Positions 12,871 to 24,109 of a stretch of 64,000 nt of DNA are shown here, in pieces. A model generated the notes under the pieces. That model ran no database searches. It saw nothing but the letters and a program-made list of their open reading frames with translations, and was not told where the DNA came from. The first letter of the stretch is position 1. Each line of letters starts with the position of its first letter. Source of the stretch: Vicugna vicugna (Eukaryota); contig MU057809.1 in the NCBI GenBank assembly GCA_013265495.1, positions 1,417,062 to 1,481,061 of the forward strand, given 5' to 3'. The translations under genes and the position numbers were made by a program.

Positions 12871-14019
12871 CCCCAGCCCATCTAGCACCTGGAGGGCCCT
12901 CCGCTGAGTGTCTCATGCAGCTGCTGGGGTGCTCGTGGGTTTCAAATCACCGTCACGGTGGCCCCGTCTGACCAGCGCCCTGCAGGTGATGTTCCTGAAG
13001 CGCGGGCCCCCCACCCCCAGCTCTGTGGAGACCACAGGGGTCACTGGCATCTCCGTCTTACAAATGAGCTGACAGCTCAAAGACGGGAAATGACGTTTCT
13101 TGGTTTGGTAGCTTGAGTAGTGGATCCAGAGCACAGAGGTTTGACCACTGACCCAGGACACTTTGTACCCCTCCCTGAGCTTGCTAGGAAGTCCTTGAAA
13201 ATCCTTCTAGACTAGGACCATCCATAGTCAAGGCTCTCTGGGGGGGATGGCTCCGGGCCAGAGACTCCGGCAGCCCCCTCCACCTTGCCTTCTAGACCTT
13301 TCCCCTTCTGTGCCAAGGGCCTGGGGTCTGCGCTGATGAAAGGGGAGCCGTATAGGGGGTGCAGCCTGTGGCCTGAGCTGCATTCTCTATCAGGAGTGAG
13401 GACAGCACAGGATGGGGCCCTGCGCCCCTCTGGGACCCCGTGCTGAGCTGCGGAAGAGAAGGAAGGAGGGAACCCTTAGCAGTGGCCACTGGCCTCGCCC
13501 AGTGGCCTGAGAAGCACGATTAACAGCACAGAGGCCTCCGAGCCTCCCAGGGTCCAGGCATCTTCCTTCCGTATCCTGGCAACTGACGAGGCAGAGGCTG
13601 TTCAGGAGGAGGATGCAATGCCTCTCCCCCACCTCCTGCCACGTGGGAATGTCCCCTCGCTGTCCCGGAGCTGCGCAGTGAAATCCCCACCTGGAGGCGG
13701 GAGACACGGCAGGTGGGCCGCGGGCTGACGGACCTGCAGCGTGGGGGTGCCATGTGGCAGGACCGTGGGGCCACAGCTGCCCTTCTCCGGGGACGAGGGG
13801 ACCCAGAGAAGGTGTGTGGTAGGAGCTCCATGGAGAAGGGCCGCCCTGCCTTCCACCCCCAGGACAAAGACCACCCGGGCCACAGATAACAGGACCATCT
13901 CTGAGGAACCACGCTGTTCACACTGCGAAGGGGCCCATGTCCCCGCCCTCACCAGCAATGGGGCTGCAGCGAACCTCTGGAGGGGCGGGGTGATCAACCC
14001 CGGCTCTGCCATCTGGGTG

Positions 14020-14140
14020 GGCCTGTCACATCCCCTGCCTAGTCCTCAGTTTTTCACCTATAAAATGGGGACAAAAAGATAGCTATCACACGGCTTGAGA
14101 TAACACATGTGAGGCATTTAGCACATTGTGCCTGGCATAT
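14020..14140 (+). mobile_element. MIR SINE fragment
   Basis: cctcagtttttcacctataaaatgggg...gagataacacatgtgaggcatttagcacattgtgcctggcatat. Confidence 0.7.
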
Positions 14141-14295
14141 AAAAACTTCTAAAAAATTATAATTACCTTTAAATGGGGAGACCTCCAAATGAAGGGGAAG
14201 TTCCCAGAGGGTGATGGCAGGGCGAGGCTGCGTGCTGCAGTTGTACCCCATCCTTGCTGGGGTAACCCTGACGCCAGTGCCTTTACAGCGCATCC

Positions 14296-14361
14296 CGGGT
14301 TTACCCGTCTCACCTGGGGCCCCACTGGGCAGCTCGGGTTTGCCCGTCTCACCTGGGGCCC
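14296..14361. repeat. Direct duplication of a 27-bp unit (39-bp period) at the edge of the CpG island
   Basis: cgggtttacccgtctcacctggggccc (14296-14322) and cgggtttgcccgtctcacctggggccc (14335-14361) differ at one position. Confidence 0.85.
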
Positions 14362-14369
14362 TACCTGGC

Positions 14370-15150
14370 CGCCGCTGGCTTACCGCGCTCCCCTGCTCGG
14401 CTTTAAGGTCGCGGGCCCCACCCCACCCTCCCCAGGGGTTTGCGGGAGTGTCGGGCGCCCCTCCCGCGCTCTACAGGAAGTCAGCAGAGGTCAGCGTCTG
14501 TAAGGCGAGTCTGAGGCCCGGGGACTCCGGCCAGCTCTCCGCCCACTGGCGGCCCGCGCCTGAGGCACCCAAGCGGCAGGAGCGGGTGTGGCGCCCACGG
14601 CCAGGCGGCCCCATCACACTTTCCACCGGGTCCCGCCTCGGTCCCTGCCCCTCGGTGCTGACGTCACGGCGGGACCTCCTGGGCGACTCTCGCGGCCCGC
14701 GCCGCGCCTGCCGGCTCCCGGGGGCGCCAGGCTGCGAGGTGGGCGCGCGGCGGAAGTGGGGCGCGGGGCGCGGAGGACCCGGGGAGCGCGGCCCGTAGGA
14801 CGGAGGCCGCGGGGAGGCCGCGGGCGCGACGCGCGGAAGACGCGGGGCGCAGTGAGGACCGGGGCTGCGAGGTGGAGGTGCGGCGGGGACGCAGGCGGCC
14901 ACCGCGGGGGCGGGTGGTTCGGCGCCAGCACCCGCAGCCTAGCGGGACGCCGAGTCCATGCCCGGACGCCCTGGCCGCGCCGCAGTGCTGGGTCCGGCCG
15001 TGCAAGCCCCGAGGACGCCCTGGCGGCGGCGTGCGCGCTCCTGTGCGGGGTCTGTACTTGGAGGGCGCGCTGGGCAGGAGGTGGGGAGTCAGGGACCGGT
15101 GCGCCGAGGAGGGTTGGGTGCAGTACCGCGTTCCATGCTTGGCGCCAGGG
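14370..15150 (+). promoter_or_regulatory. AMZ1: CpG island, likely AMZ1 promoter and non-coding first exon
   Basis: Very high CpG density about 5.5-6 kb upstream of the AMZ1 ATG. Carries a full CRE TGACGTCA (14659-14666), an ETS site CGGAAGTG (14751-14758) and a GC box (14906-14914). The TSS and exon-1 limits cannot be fixed from sequence. Confidence 0.75.
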
Positions 15151-17889
15151 TCGGGGCTTCCCAGCCTGGGCCTTGCAGAGGGGACCCCCGGGGAGCAAAG
15201 GGGCTCTGTGACCCTTCCCGGCCATCTGCTCCCCAGGGGAGGGCGACCTGAGGGCTGTTCTCCATCCAGGCGAGGGGAGCAAACAGCCATGGGAGAGCCC
15301 AGGGCCAGGCAGGGAAAGAGGGCATTTCCTGGCTGGTCCAGGTGAGGTACTCCCAGGGAGCCTGGAGGTGCGGGGACCAGCCAGGTATTGGTGGAGAAGG
15401 AGGCCTGTCGCTGTTTTATGTTGAGGAAAAGCAGGGCGTGGAGCAGCACAGAGATGCCGACTTGAGAAGGAATGCTGCCGGGGTCGGGAGGAGAAGGATG
15501 GGTCACTGGGAAGGAAACTGTGTGTGGGGGGGGCAGTCAGCGTTTGCAGGTGAGGGCAGCTGAGACAGGAAGCAGGGGTCTGTCCTGCTGAGGTCGAAGC
15601 CCTCATTTCCCCTCCTAGCAAATGGAAACCTCTGGGAAGTGTGAAACCCAGACCCCTCACATCTCCGCATGGGGCTGCTCAGAAGGCAGACAGTCATGAA
15701 TAGCTCGCTTGACGCAGCTGCTGGGATGTTTTGCAAAGTGCATTCAGAATAACAAGAGTCAGAGCATGCTTTCTTGCTGAAGTCTGGGGCATCTGTCCAG
15801 TCGGATGGGGAAACAGGTGCCTGGGCTGAGGGGTTTGGGGCAGCCTGCCCTTTCTGCAGTACCAAGCACATGCCCTTCCTTGGCCTGTGGGTAGGACAGC
15901 AGATAGGTGAGGGGGATGCGGGCACCCCAGGGAAAGGGACGGGGGGCTGGAAAATTTGGCCACAGCCCCAGTGTTAACAGCAGCAGGGCAGAGACATCCC
16001 ACCGTTTGTTTATGCTGAGACCAGCTCTGCTTCTGGAAGCCCATTAGCACGTTAAGCGTTCCAGCTCCAGTGTGGGGCATGGCTGGCTTTGAAATTGGGC
16101 CTGGTTGCTGCCCATCAGTGTGAACACGGCCTCAGTTTCTCCATCCGAGACATGGGCACCTTAACAGCACCTGCAACGTCACAAGATTGTGCATCTCGAA
16201 TGAGACGATACAGGTGGGGCTGAGGCACATGGCTGGCGTCCTGTGCACAGCACCTGCTGCCCCACAGTCGTGTGCAGAGGAGTGGGAGGGACAGATCTGG
16301 AGCCCGGTTTTGGAGGTCTCCCTTCCGGAGCCTTCACGGTTGCCAAGATTGACAGGTTGGCAAGTGCAGGAAAGGGCTGGGACACGCCTTGCTCTGGCTG
16401 TGGCTCCCTCCCACGGCACCTGCAGCCTGGGACTCAGTCTCGGTCTCTGCTCACGTCCAGCTGCTGTTCCTGTGTGAGCGGCGATCCTGTGCAGAAATGA
16501 CCTTGCAGGGCGGGTCGGGCGGGAGTTTCTCTTAGTGGCCCAGGAAGAGAGTGTGGCCAGCCGGGCATCTTGAAAGGAAATGCTCTCTGGGCAGACAGAC
16601 ATTGCACCCCGGACGCAGAGAGAGCCAGGCCTGCGTGGACGGACGGGGACCCACGCACCCTGGGGCCCAGTCCGGAGCCTGTCCTCCCACTGACCGCCAG
16701 CCTGTGTTGGTCCAGGGCTAACGGGGCCGCTTCTGAGCTCTTTGGGTTTCTGCGTGGCTGGGGTGCTGGGGGGTCTGCCTACAATGAAGCCCCGAGTGGG
16801 GTCTGTGTGATGAGGGGCAGTGGGCCCTGGCCAGAGAGAACCTTCAGGGGCAGGATAAGGTCCTGTAAACGAGGCCCAGAGTGAAACTAGACAGACTGAT
16901 TTTTCCTGCCTTTGACTGTCTTCCTTCCCTCTCTGTCGGGAGCCAGGAGTCCCGTGTCTGAATCCTGGTAAGCTGTGCAATCCTGGGCAAGCGGCCTCCC
17001 CTCTCTGAACCTCCATCGTCTCACCTATGAGACGTGTGACTGCTGATAGCCATGTTTCAGGAAGCTGCAGGTTCAGACGAGGTGTTGCGTCCAGGGGTGA
17101 CCTTGGGGTTACGGGCGGAGGACCTGCAGGGTGGACGCCCTCAGAGGTCAGCGTCTGTCCCATTTCTGCCTCTTTAGGAAGCTGTGACAGACCCTCCGGG
17201 CATCCGGCGGCCTGAAGCGGCCCCAGAGAAGTGATTTATAGGCCACGCTCAGTTACAGAAAGTAATTCTGAGCCGGCTGTGACCCCAGGGAACATCGGAC
17301 CGGGGAGGCCTCCAGCTCGCTGCGGGGAGGTGTCTGTGAGCCAAGGGTCTAGGGCAAGCCAGGGGCACACACGCAGGGTCGCGTGACCCGCATCTAGAGA
17401 CAAAAGTCGGTCTTGAGATGCTGTGATGTCAGGTGCTCAAGGCAGGTCCCAAGGCTCAGGGTTGACCTCAGATGGGAGCTGGTACCTGCTCCTCTCTGCT
17501 TGGTCCAGCCTCGCTCTGGGTGAGGAAGGCAGGCAGCACCGAGCCCTTCTGTCTGGGGGGAAACTGAGGCACCGTGGGATCGAAGGTCAGAGGGCCAAGT
17601 CCATACTGGCCTGCGGGGCGCTCGCTCCTCAGGGGTTCCTGCATGCCTCTCTGTGCCTGGCCCCTGGGTCCTGGGCGGCGAGGAGCCCACAGCCCACTAC
17701 CCGCTCCCAAAGCTTGCTGGAGGGGTGCCTGGTCAGCCAGGGAGGAGGGGCTCCTAGAGCTTGGCCTGCAGTACCACTCAGCTCACACCGCCCTCCGCTC
17801 TTAGCTCAGGGGGAGGCCAGAGCTCTGGGGACAGTCTCTGAGTCTGTGTGACGTATGCATACACGCATGTGCGCGCAGCAGGGCCTTGC

Positions 17890-18195
17890 ACGTGCTCCTC
17901 CGCTGGGACTCTCCTTTCAGACCCCCTGCCTGGCTCCCTCTTTCCAGTCTGCTCAGGGAAGCCCTGTCTGGTCACCCTCTTGAAAATGGCAGTGCAGCCC
18001 TGGCCCTCCTGACCCCCACCCCTGCTCTGCCCTTCCCCCTTCCAGTAGCATTTAACACCTTCTAACATGCAGGACAGCATCTGTCTTCACCGCCTTACGC
18101 CTTACGTAGACTTAATGCGCCATGAGGCCAGGGACCTCTGTCCGTGTTGTCCGTGGGTGCTGGCCGCCCCACGGGTGAGTGGGCACTCAGTGACT
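17890..18195. mobile_element. L2 3'-end remnant
   Basis: ctcagggaagccctgtctggtcaccctcttgaaaatggca...ccatgaggccagggacctctgtc...gggcactcagt resembles L2a 3' ends. Confidence 0.55.
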
Positions 18196-18494
18196 ATGGG
18201 GCGGACGAGGGAAGGAGGCCACGGGGGCTCCTGCCCTCAGACCCTGCCCAGCCCATGACCTCCTGGTCATGCGTTCCCTGGCCTCCGGAGAAGTCGCCAC
18301 TGTGGTCCTTCCTGATGCCAAGTGATTTGGTCCTCAGGTGTCTGGTGTTTTCCCTACAGCCCAGGAGCCATTGTTTATCCCATTGCGAACTGTCCACGTT
18401 GCCCTAGAGTCTGGGACAGGGAGGGAGGTCTGGGCCGGGGTCCCGAGAAGGTGGGGACCCGCTGCCTCCAGTGACGGGGACCAGGGGGCTGGAA

Positions 18495-18625
18495 CATCGG
18501 TGTGTTCCAATCCCGTCTCTGGTGCTTACGAGCTGTGTGGCTTTGGTTAAGTTAGTTTTAACCTTACTCTGCCTCAGTTTCACTCTCTGGAAAGTGGGAA
18601 TGACTGTCCCCACTCCCCAAGGCAT
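18495..18625 (+). mobile_element. MIR SINE fragment
   Basis: gttccaatcccgtctctggtgcttacgagctgtgtggctttggttaagttagttttaacc...gcctcagtttcactctctggaaagtgggaat. Confidence 0.7.
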
Positions 18626-18869
18626 TAACGCGAGGAAGCCCCGCCTGGAACGTCGTGGGGGTGCTCAGTGCTCTTGCTGACCACTGACAAATTGGACGGG
18701 CGATGGGCTTGCACGTCAGTGCGACCTTTCTGGAAGGCAGTTGGCCGTACAGATTGAGATTCCTTAAACGTCCACAGCAGTGTCTTCTGGGAATCTCTCC
18801 TGAGGAAACGGAGACACGGACCTGCAACGAGGCTCACTGCCGCGTTTTTGGCCAGCCATTCAAATTAGC

Positions 18870-18958
18870 TTTTTTTTTTTTAAATAGAGGTGCTGGGGAT
18901 TGAACCCAGGGTCTTGTGCACGCTAAGCATGTGCTCTAGCCCTGAGCTATACCCTCCC
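18870..18958 (-). mobile_element. tRNA-derived SINE (Vic-1-like, camelid type)
   Basis: The minus strand reads gggagggtatagctcagggctagagcacatgcttagcgtgcacaagaccctgggttcaatccccagcacctctattt followed by a poly-A tail. It has an A-box and a B-box (ggttcaatcc), and degenerate TSD-like flanks caaattagc/caaaacagc. Confidence 0.85.
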
Positions 18959-19183
18959 TGCCAAAACAGCATTTTTAATAGACTGTTCAAGGATTTGGGA
19001 AAACACTCGAAATATACTATGTCAAGGGGATATGAGATTGCACACACAATTGGATATTAAACTTGTGAAATGTATCGGTGGAAAGAAATACGTAAAGCTC
19101 TCTATTGGTAGGGATCTCAGTAGGCATTCAATCCTGGTTCCCCTCCACTCAGCTCAGTCAGTACTTAACTGAAAAAATACACC

Positions 19184-19410
19184 TGTGTGTGTACGTGTGT
19201 GTGTTATACACACACACACACTATGTATATAACACGTATGCACATATGTGTAAAACATCCCTGGAAAAATTAAGCATGTACTTTTCCAGAGGAAGATTTA
19301 TAAATTACACGTACCCCAGTTTTCCTCTTTACATGAACACGTGCCCATGTTCACATGTCTGTTCACGCACACATGTACACATAGGTGCACGCATGAGTAC
19401 ACACATGTGA
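19184..19410. repeat. Low-complexity alternating purine-pyrimidine (TG/CA/TA) tract
   Basis: Runs such as tgtgtgtgtacgtgtgtgtgttatacacacacacacac and cacgcacacatgtacacataggtgcacgcatg. Confidence 0.7.
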
Positions 19411-20647
19411 ATTTATTTTCTGGATGAACATTTTAAACTGGGGTTAGCTAAAGGCAGCACAGGCTCAATTCTTCATTCTTCCCACGAAAACAAGGTTGTT
19501 CCTGTTTCCCAGCTCGGGCTGGGAGGCCTCGCGACTCCGTTTTCTGCAGAGACAGGGCAGGCGCGTCTGGCCTGATTCTGAGTCGGGGCTGCGCGGAGCG
19601 CGGCGCCTCATCCTGCTCTCCTGGTGCTTGCGCACCTTCTCTTCTCCGCCTTGTTCTCCCCCGCCGCCCCTCCCCGCCATCGGGAGGGAGGCCCCCCTCC
19701 CCCGCCAGCCGGGTACCTTTGGATAAGACGAACCCCCAGCTGCCCGTCCCTTCCCGGGGCTTTTCAGGTGTGTGGTGGGAGGGGCGCTGTTTCTGATTAA
19801 CACACGGACTGTGCGCCTGGTTTGGGAGGAAACCCACTCTGTCACCGTCCCCCCAGCCCTCCGTGTCTCCTCTCCCCGTCTGCTCTCTGCTGCGGTTGAT
19901 GTGCTCTTTGTGGCTTTGCAGCGTCTCCCTATTTATAGTTCCTGTGGTTGGTGTGTGCCTGCCCCTCGCACGTCCCAGCAAGCTTCTGGGTCTGGCAACA
20001 CAGGGCCTGCCCTCTTCCCCTCGGCTGGCCTGGCCGCATGGACGTGGGGACCATGGCCCCCTCCACCGGCCCACGGGGCCCCTTCCGGGAAAGCTGGTGG
20101 CTGCAGGTGCTGAGGTGGCCCAGGCAGCAGGGTGCACTTGGTGGTCACAGAGGGGTCGGGGGCTGCTAGAGTCCTGGTGGAGGGGCCCCTCGGGTTTTAC
20201 AGGCGCTCAGCACAAGGGTGGGGTGGTCTCCCTTTGAGGGCTCGGAGGAGTCAGGTGGGACGGTGGAGGCTGGGTGCTGTCCGCATGGGTTACCACGGAA
20301 ACGTGCTTCGTGGCTGCAGGCCGCAGGGGCGGGGACCCTTCCCCACACTCAGTGCTCGCAGAGGCCTTGGCCTTCGGGAGGAGGGGGAGGAGGAGGGAGC
20401 GGCGGCCCTGCCCCGCTGGGTGGAAGTGCAGGGTCCTGGGGCACCGCCCCCGCGAAGCCCCTTCCCCAGGCAGAGGGAGGGGCTGAGGGCTCAGCCGCAT
20501 GTCCCCGCAGGTGCCCACGGGCCTGGAGGCATCGGAGCCGCTCGCTGCTGAGAAGGCCCGACACAGCGAGGGCTCCGGACCAGCTAGCGGCCTGGCCGGG
20601 CGGCGCGCGGGCAGCAGTGGGGCCTCCGCGGGGTGGCCGGGCCCGTC

Positions 20648-20951
20648 ATGCTGCAGTGCCGGCCGGCCGAGGAGTTCAGCTTCGGGCCCCGGGCCCTGAA
20701 GGATGCCCTGGTGTCCACCGACCCGGCGCTGCAGCAGCTCTACGCGTCCGGCTTCTCCCCGGCCGAGAGGCTCTTCCTGGCCGAGGCCTACAACCCCCGC
20801 AGGACGCTCTTCCGCACGCTGCTCATCCGCTCGGCCTTCGACTGGCTCCTCAGCCGCCCCGAGGCCCCCGAGGACTTCGAGGCCTTCCACGCCGCCCTGC
20901 CGCCCCGGAAGCAGGGCCCGACGCAGAGGCACATTTACCTGCAGCCCATAG
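20648..20951 (+). CDS. AMZ1: AMZ1 (archaemetzincin-1) coding exon 1
   Basis: ATG at 20648 (context gtcATGc). Encodes MLQCRPAEEFSFGPRALKDALVSTDPALQQLYASGFSPAERLFLAEAYNP...HIYLQPI, matching the recalled AMZ1 N-terminus. 304 nt, donor gtgccc at 20952, within a CpG-rich zone. Confidence 0.95.
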
Positions 20952-21227
20952 GTGCCCGCGGGTGTGGGCGTGGGCCCCAGGCAGCAGGTGGTGAGGACCT
21001 GGGGGGCGGCAGCCTGGGGCTGGCAGGGAGCCCGGGGAGGGGGGGAGACAAGGGTCTGGATCCAGCACCGGGTGGGGGTCTGTGCCCCGGCCGCAGGCAG
21101 GACGTGATCTGAGGGGAGGCACTCTGGCAGGTGTCACCCAGCTGGCCGGTGTGGCCGGGGGCTCCAGGGGTGCTGGGCACCATGGCCGGGGGTCCCGCTG
21201 GGGCTGACGGTTCGGCTCTGCCCCCAG

Positions 21228-21395
21228 ATCTGAGTGAGGGGCCGGTGGGCAGCGCCCTCCTGGACCATCTGCGGAGCTGCACCGAGGCCTTCTTCCTGGG
21301 CCTGCAGGTCAGGTGTCTGCCCTCGGTGGCGGCCGCGTCCATCCACTGCTCGTCGCGCCCCAGTCAGGACTCTGACAGGCTCCAACTGCACACAG
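21228..21395 (+). CDS. AMZ1: AMZ1 coding exon 2
   Basis: Acceptor cccccag, donor gtgagc, 168 nt. Encodes (D)LSEGPVGSALLDHLRSCTEAFFLGLQVRCLPSVAAASIHCSSRPSQDSDRLQLHT. Confidence 0.95.
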
Positions 21396-23356
21396 GTGAG
21401 CGGGCGTGGCGTAGCTGAGGCGCAGGCCGCCACCGCTCGGCAGGAGGTCCTTTTTGGAGGCAGAAGGTGGGAGGGAGGAGCCCAGGAGAAGGAAGGAAGC
21501 CCTCTGCTTTTCTGAGGTGGGGGAACGTCTATTTCCCACCCTTTAAGAAAGGAAAACCAAGACAAGGGCGTCCAGAGTGTCCAGAGACTTGACCACACAG
21601 CCCCGTGTCCACTGGAAAACCCCAGGACACGCCGAGCAGGTGGCGCGGACCTCTGAGGCCCTGAGCCCTCCTCCAGCCTTCTGTCTTCACAAAGCACTTG
21701 ATAAGGGTCGAGAAGACCCTCTCCCTGGCCCCCACCCCAGTGCCCGGGGGTCACTGGCAGCTGGAGGGTGAGGCTGGTTGAGAGGCACAGATGAACTGGG
21801 GGCTGTCAGACCTGCTGGAGACCTCAGCGAGGGCCCCGGGGAGGGGCTGCTGCCGGGTCTGGGGCGAGCGGGGTGATGCCCCCTCGGCTGGGGGAAGGCC
21901 TCAGCTGTTGCCTTCCTTCAGCCTCTGCCCCCTTCCTCCTCCCGTCGAGGATCCCAGTGGGAGGCACGCTCCTCCTCCGTCCGCTGCCACGTCTGGTCTT
22001 CCCCCTTACATTCCATCCGCTAGTATTTTCATCCTCTGGTTCCCTAGTTCTCTCTCTAGCTACGCCTCACGCGCCATTAAGCCCATGGAGTCCCTAATTG
22101 CCGCCCTATTTTTCACACAGTTCCTTTTTCAAATCAGCAGTGTCACTTTTTTATCGTGCTCAATTCCCCACTAAAAATGGGTTCCGAATTTACACGTACA
22201 AACACAGCCGCCTTCCAGTCTGTGTCCGTGAGTCCAGCACGGGTCCGTGCGGCCATTTGTGTTGTTTCTGCTGATGCTGTCCAGGCTGCCTTGCCTCGTT
22301 GTGTGTCTTGCTTTTGATTGTTAGTTGGACGTCTTACGTGAAAAGTCAGTTCAACTCATTTTTTTAGAAGAATCTGTGGCCTGGGATGGTGTAAGTTTTC
22401 TCCAGAGAGGGTTCTGTATCTCCTAGGCCAGGCACCTGAGGGAGCTGACTGTCTCGGACAGGCATGCAGCTTTTCTGGGCCACCCCATGACCCCGGAGCA
22501 CAGTCTGCATCCCGCCCAGGGTGTGGCCTTTGGGGGGGCAAGCAGAGCAGGGGTGTGTTGTCAGGGTCACCCCAGCCCCTCCACCCGTCTTAGAAACAAC
22601 TCAGCTTCGTCTCTCTGAGTTCTGATCCTCTCCCTGGTTCTAATTTCTCATTAGTTCTCTGATTTGTTAAAAGTCCCTTTGATCAAGGCATAATTTACAC
22701 GTAGAGAAATTCTTCCTTTGAGCGTATGGTTCTGAGTCCTCACATACACACACGTCACAAGCTGTCACCACACTCGTGGGGGACAGCTTGTCTTGTCCCC
22801 CGCCCCCTGGAGCCAACGCCTCCCCCTTCTTAGACGTCTTAAGAAGCCGTTCTTTGTGTTTCTCTCGACTTGGCAGGTTACCCCTCAGCCGGAGGTAGTG
22901 TGCGTTGCAGCTGGCGCTGTTTTTAGGGTTGACGGGGACTCCTGGCTGGGGTGTCCCAGGCTGCAGGTTTGGTCACTCGCTGGGCACAGCCTTCCCCCCA
23001 TCCCCGAGGATCTGAGCGGGGCCTGGGGCGCAGTAGCCGGGCCGTGGCACCACATGGCACCATCATGCCTACCGTTGCTTCCACCCGACTCGGGGGGCCC
23101 AGGGTCCACCCCAGCTGCCCCAGGGGCCATGGTGCCTCGGAGACCCCAGCCCTGAGGTGCACGAGCTGTACCTGTTGCTCCTGCTCTGTTCACCCCCGCC
23201 GCCTCGGGAACGGACCGCTGTTCCCTGGCCCCACGCCTGAGAGGCTGCATGGACCCCTGGGAAAGAAGGGGGCCCAGGAGGGCTGAGCAAGCAGGCAGAG
23301 CCCAGAGGTCATGCAAGTTTAAATTCTTGTGGCCGGATTAACGTGGCTTGGGCACT

Positions 23357-23780
23357 GTGTCAGTTTCCTGGGGCTGCTGTGACAGAGCGCCGCCAAGTGG
23401 GTGGCTTAAGACAACAGAAGTGGACTTACTGTCCCACGGTCTGCAGACCAGAGCTCTGAGACCAAGGTGTCGGCGCGGCCTGTTCCCTCTGAAGCTCTGA
23501 GGTTGGGGGTAACCTTCCTCGCCTCCTCCAGCTCCTGGTGGTGGCCGGCCATCCTGGGTGTCCCCTCCCTTGCAGCCTCCCTGCTCCGATCTCTGCCTCC
23601 ATCATCACATAGGGAAGAAACTATGTGTCTGTGTCTCTCCTGTGAGGACCCCAGACAAACTGAGTCTGCCCTCATCTTACCTTGACGAGGCCTAAAAACC
23701 CCACCCCCAGGAAGGCCTCGTCTCAGGTGCTGGGTATTGGGGTGTTGACATGTCTTTTGGGGGACAGAACCCCCCCTGTA
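23357..23780. mobile_element. MLT1-type (MaLR) solo LTR in an AMZ1 intron
   Basis: tgtgtcagtttcctggggctgctgtgacagag...gggtggcttaagacaacagaa...gagaccaaggtgtcggc...gacatgtcttttgggggac. Confidence 0.75.
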
Positions 23781-23944
23781 GTAGTCATCACCGTTAGCGC
23801 CACCGTAAGAGCTGAAATCCCTTGGCCCCTCCTAGGTCTCAGGCCAGGTCACACCCTGAGACCCGGGCTCTGGGGCAGCAGCCCGTGGCCGCAGGGGGCC
23901 ATCAGCCCGCAGACGTGTGGGGAGTGCCCAGTGCACGCCTGAAC

Positions 23945-24106
23945 AGTCTTAGTAACTTTTTAATATTTGACTACATGTTAGGATTTTGGATGCATTAGGT
24001 TAAAACAATGCATTATTAAAATCAATTTGAGCCGCTTGTTTTACTTTAAAATTAGTAAAATTTGAAATTTAGTCGCACGTGCAGCTCACACTGTAGGGCA
24101 GCGCTG
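23945..24106. mobile_element. MER3/MER33-like hAT-Charlie DNA transposon fragment
   Basis: An abrupt AT-rich block, ttgactacatgtt...ttttggatgcattaggttaaaacaatgcattattaaaatcaattt...cagcgctg, matching recalled MER3/MER33 ends. Confidence 0.65.
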
Positions 24107-24109
24107 AGC

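Noticed and set aside
14614..15660. 348-aa minus-strand ORF and overlapping long ORFs
   Set aside because: They lie in the CpG island where stop codons are scarce, are Pro/Arg/Ala/Gly-rich in all frames, and show no recognisable domain.
14485..17158. Exact 17-mer cagaggtcagcgtctgt at 14485-14501 and 17142-17158
   Set aside because: One 17-nt match in 64 kb of GC-biased sequence is within chance expectation, and the similarity does not extend into the flanks.
16132..17163. 343-aa minus-strand ORF
   Set aside because: It runs through MIR-derived sequence (ETMEVQRGEAACPGLHS-type translation) and has no domain or splice support.
18885..18958. Possible tRNA gene
   Set aside because: It has A/B boxes but a degenerate cloverleaf, a poly-A tail and TSD-like flanks, so it is a tRNA-derived SINE.
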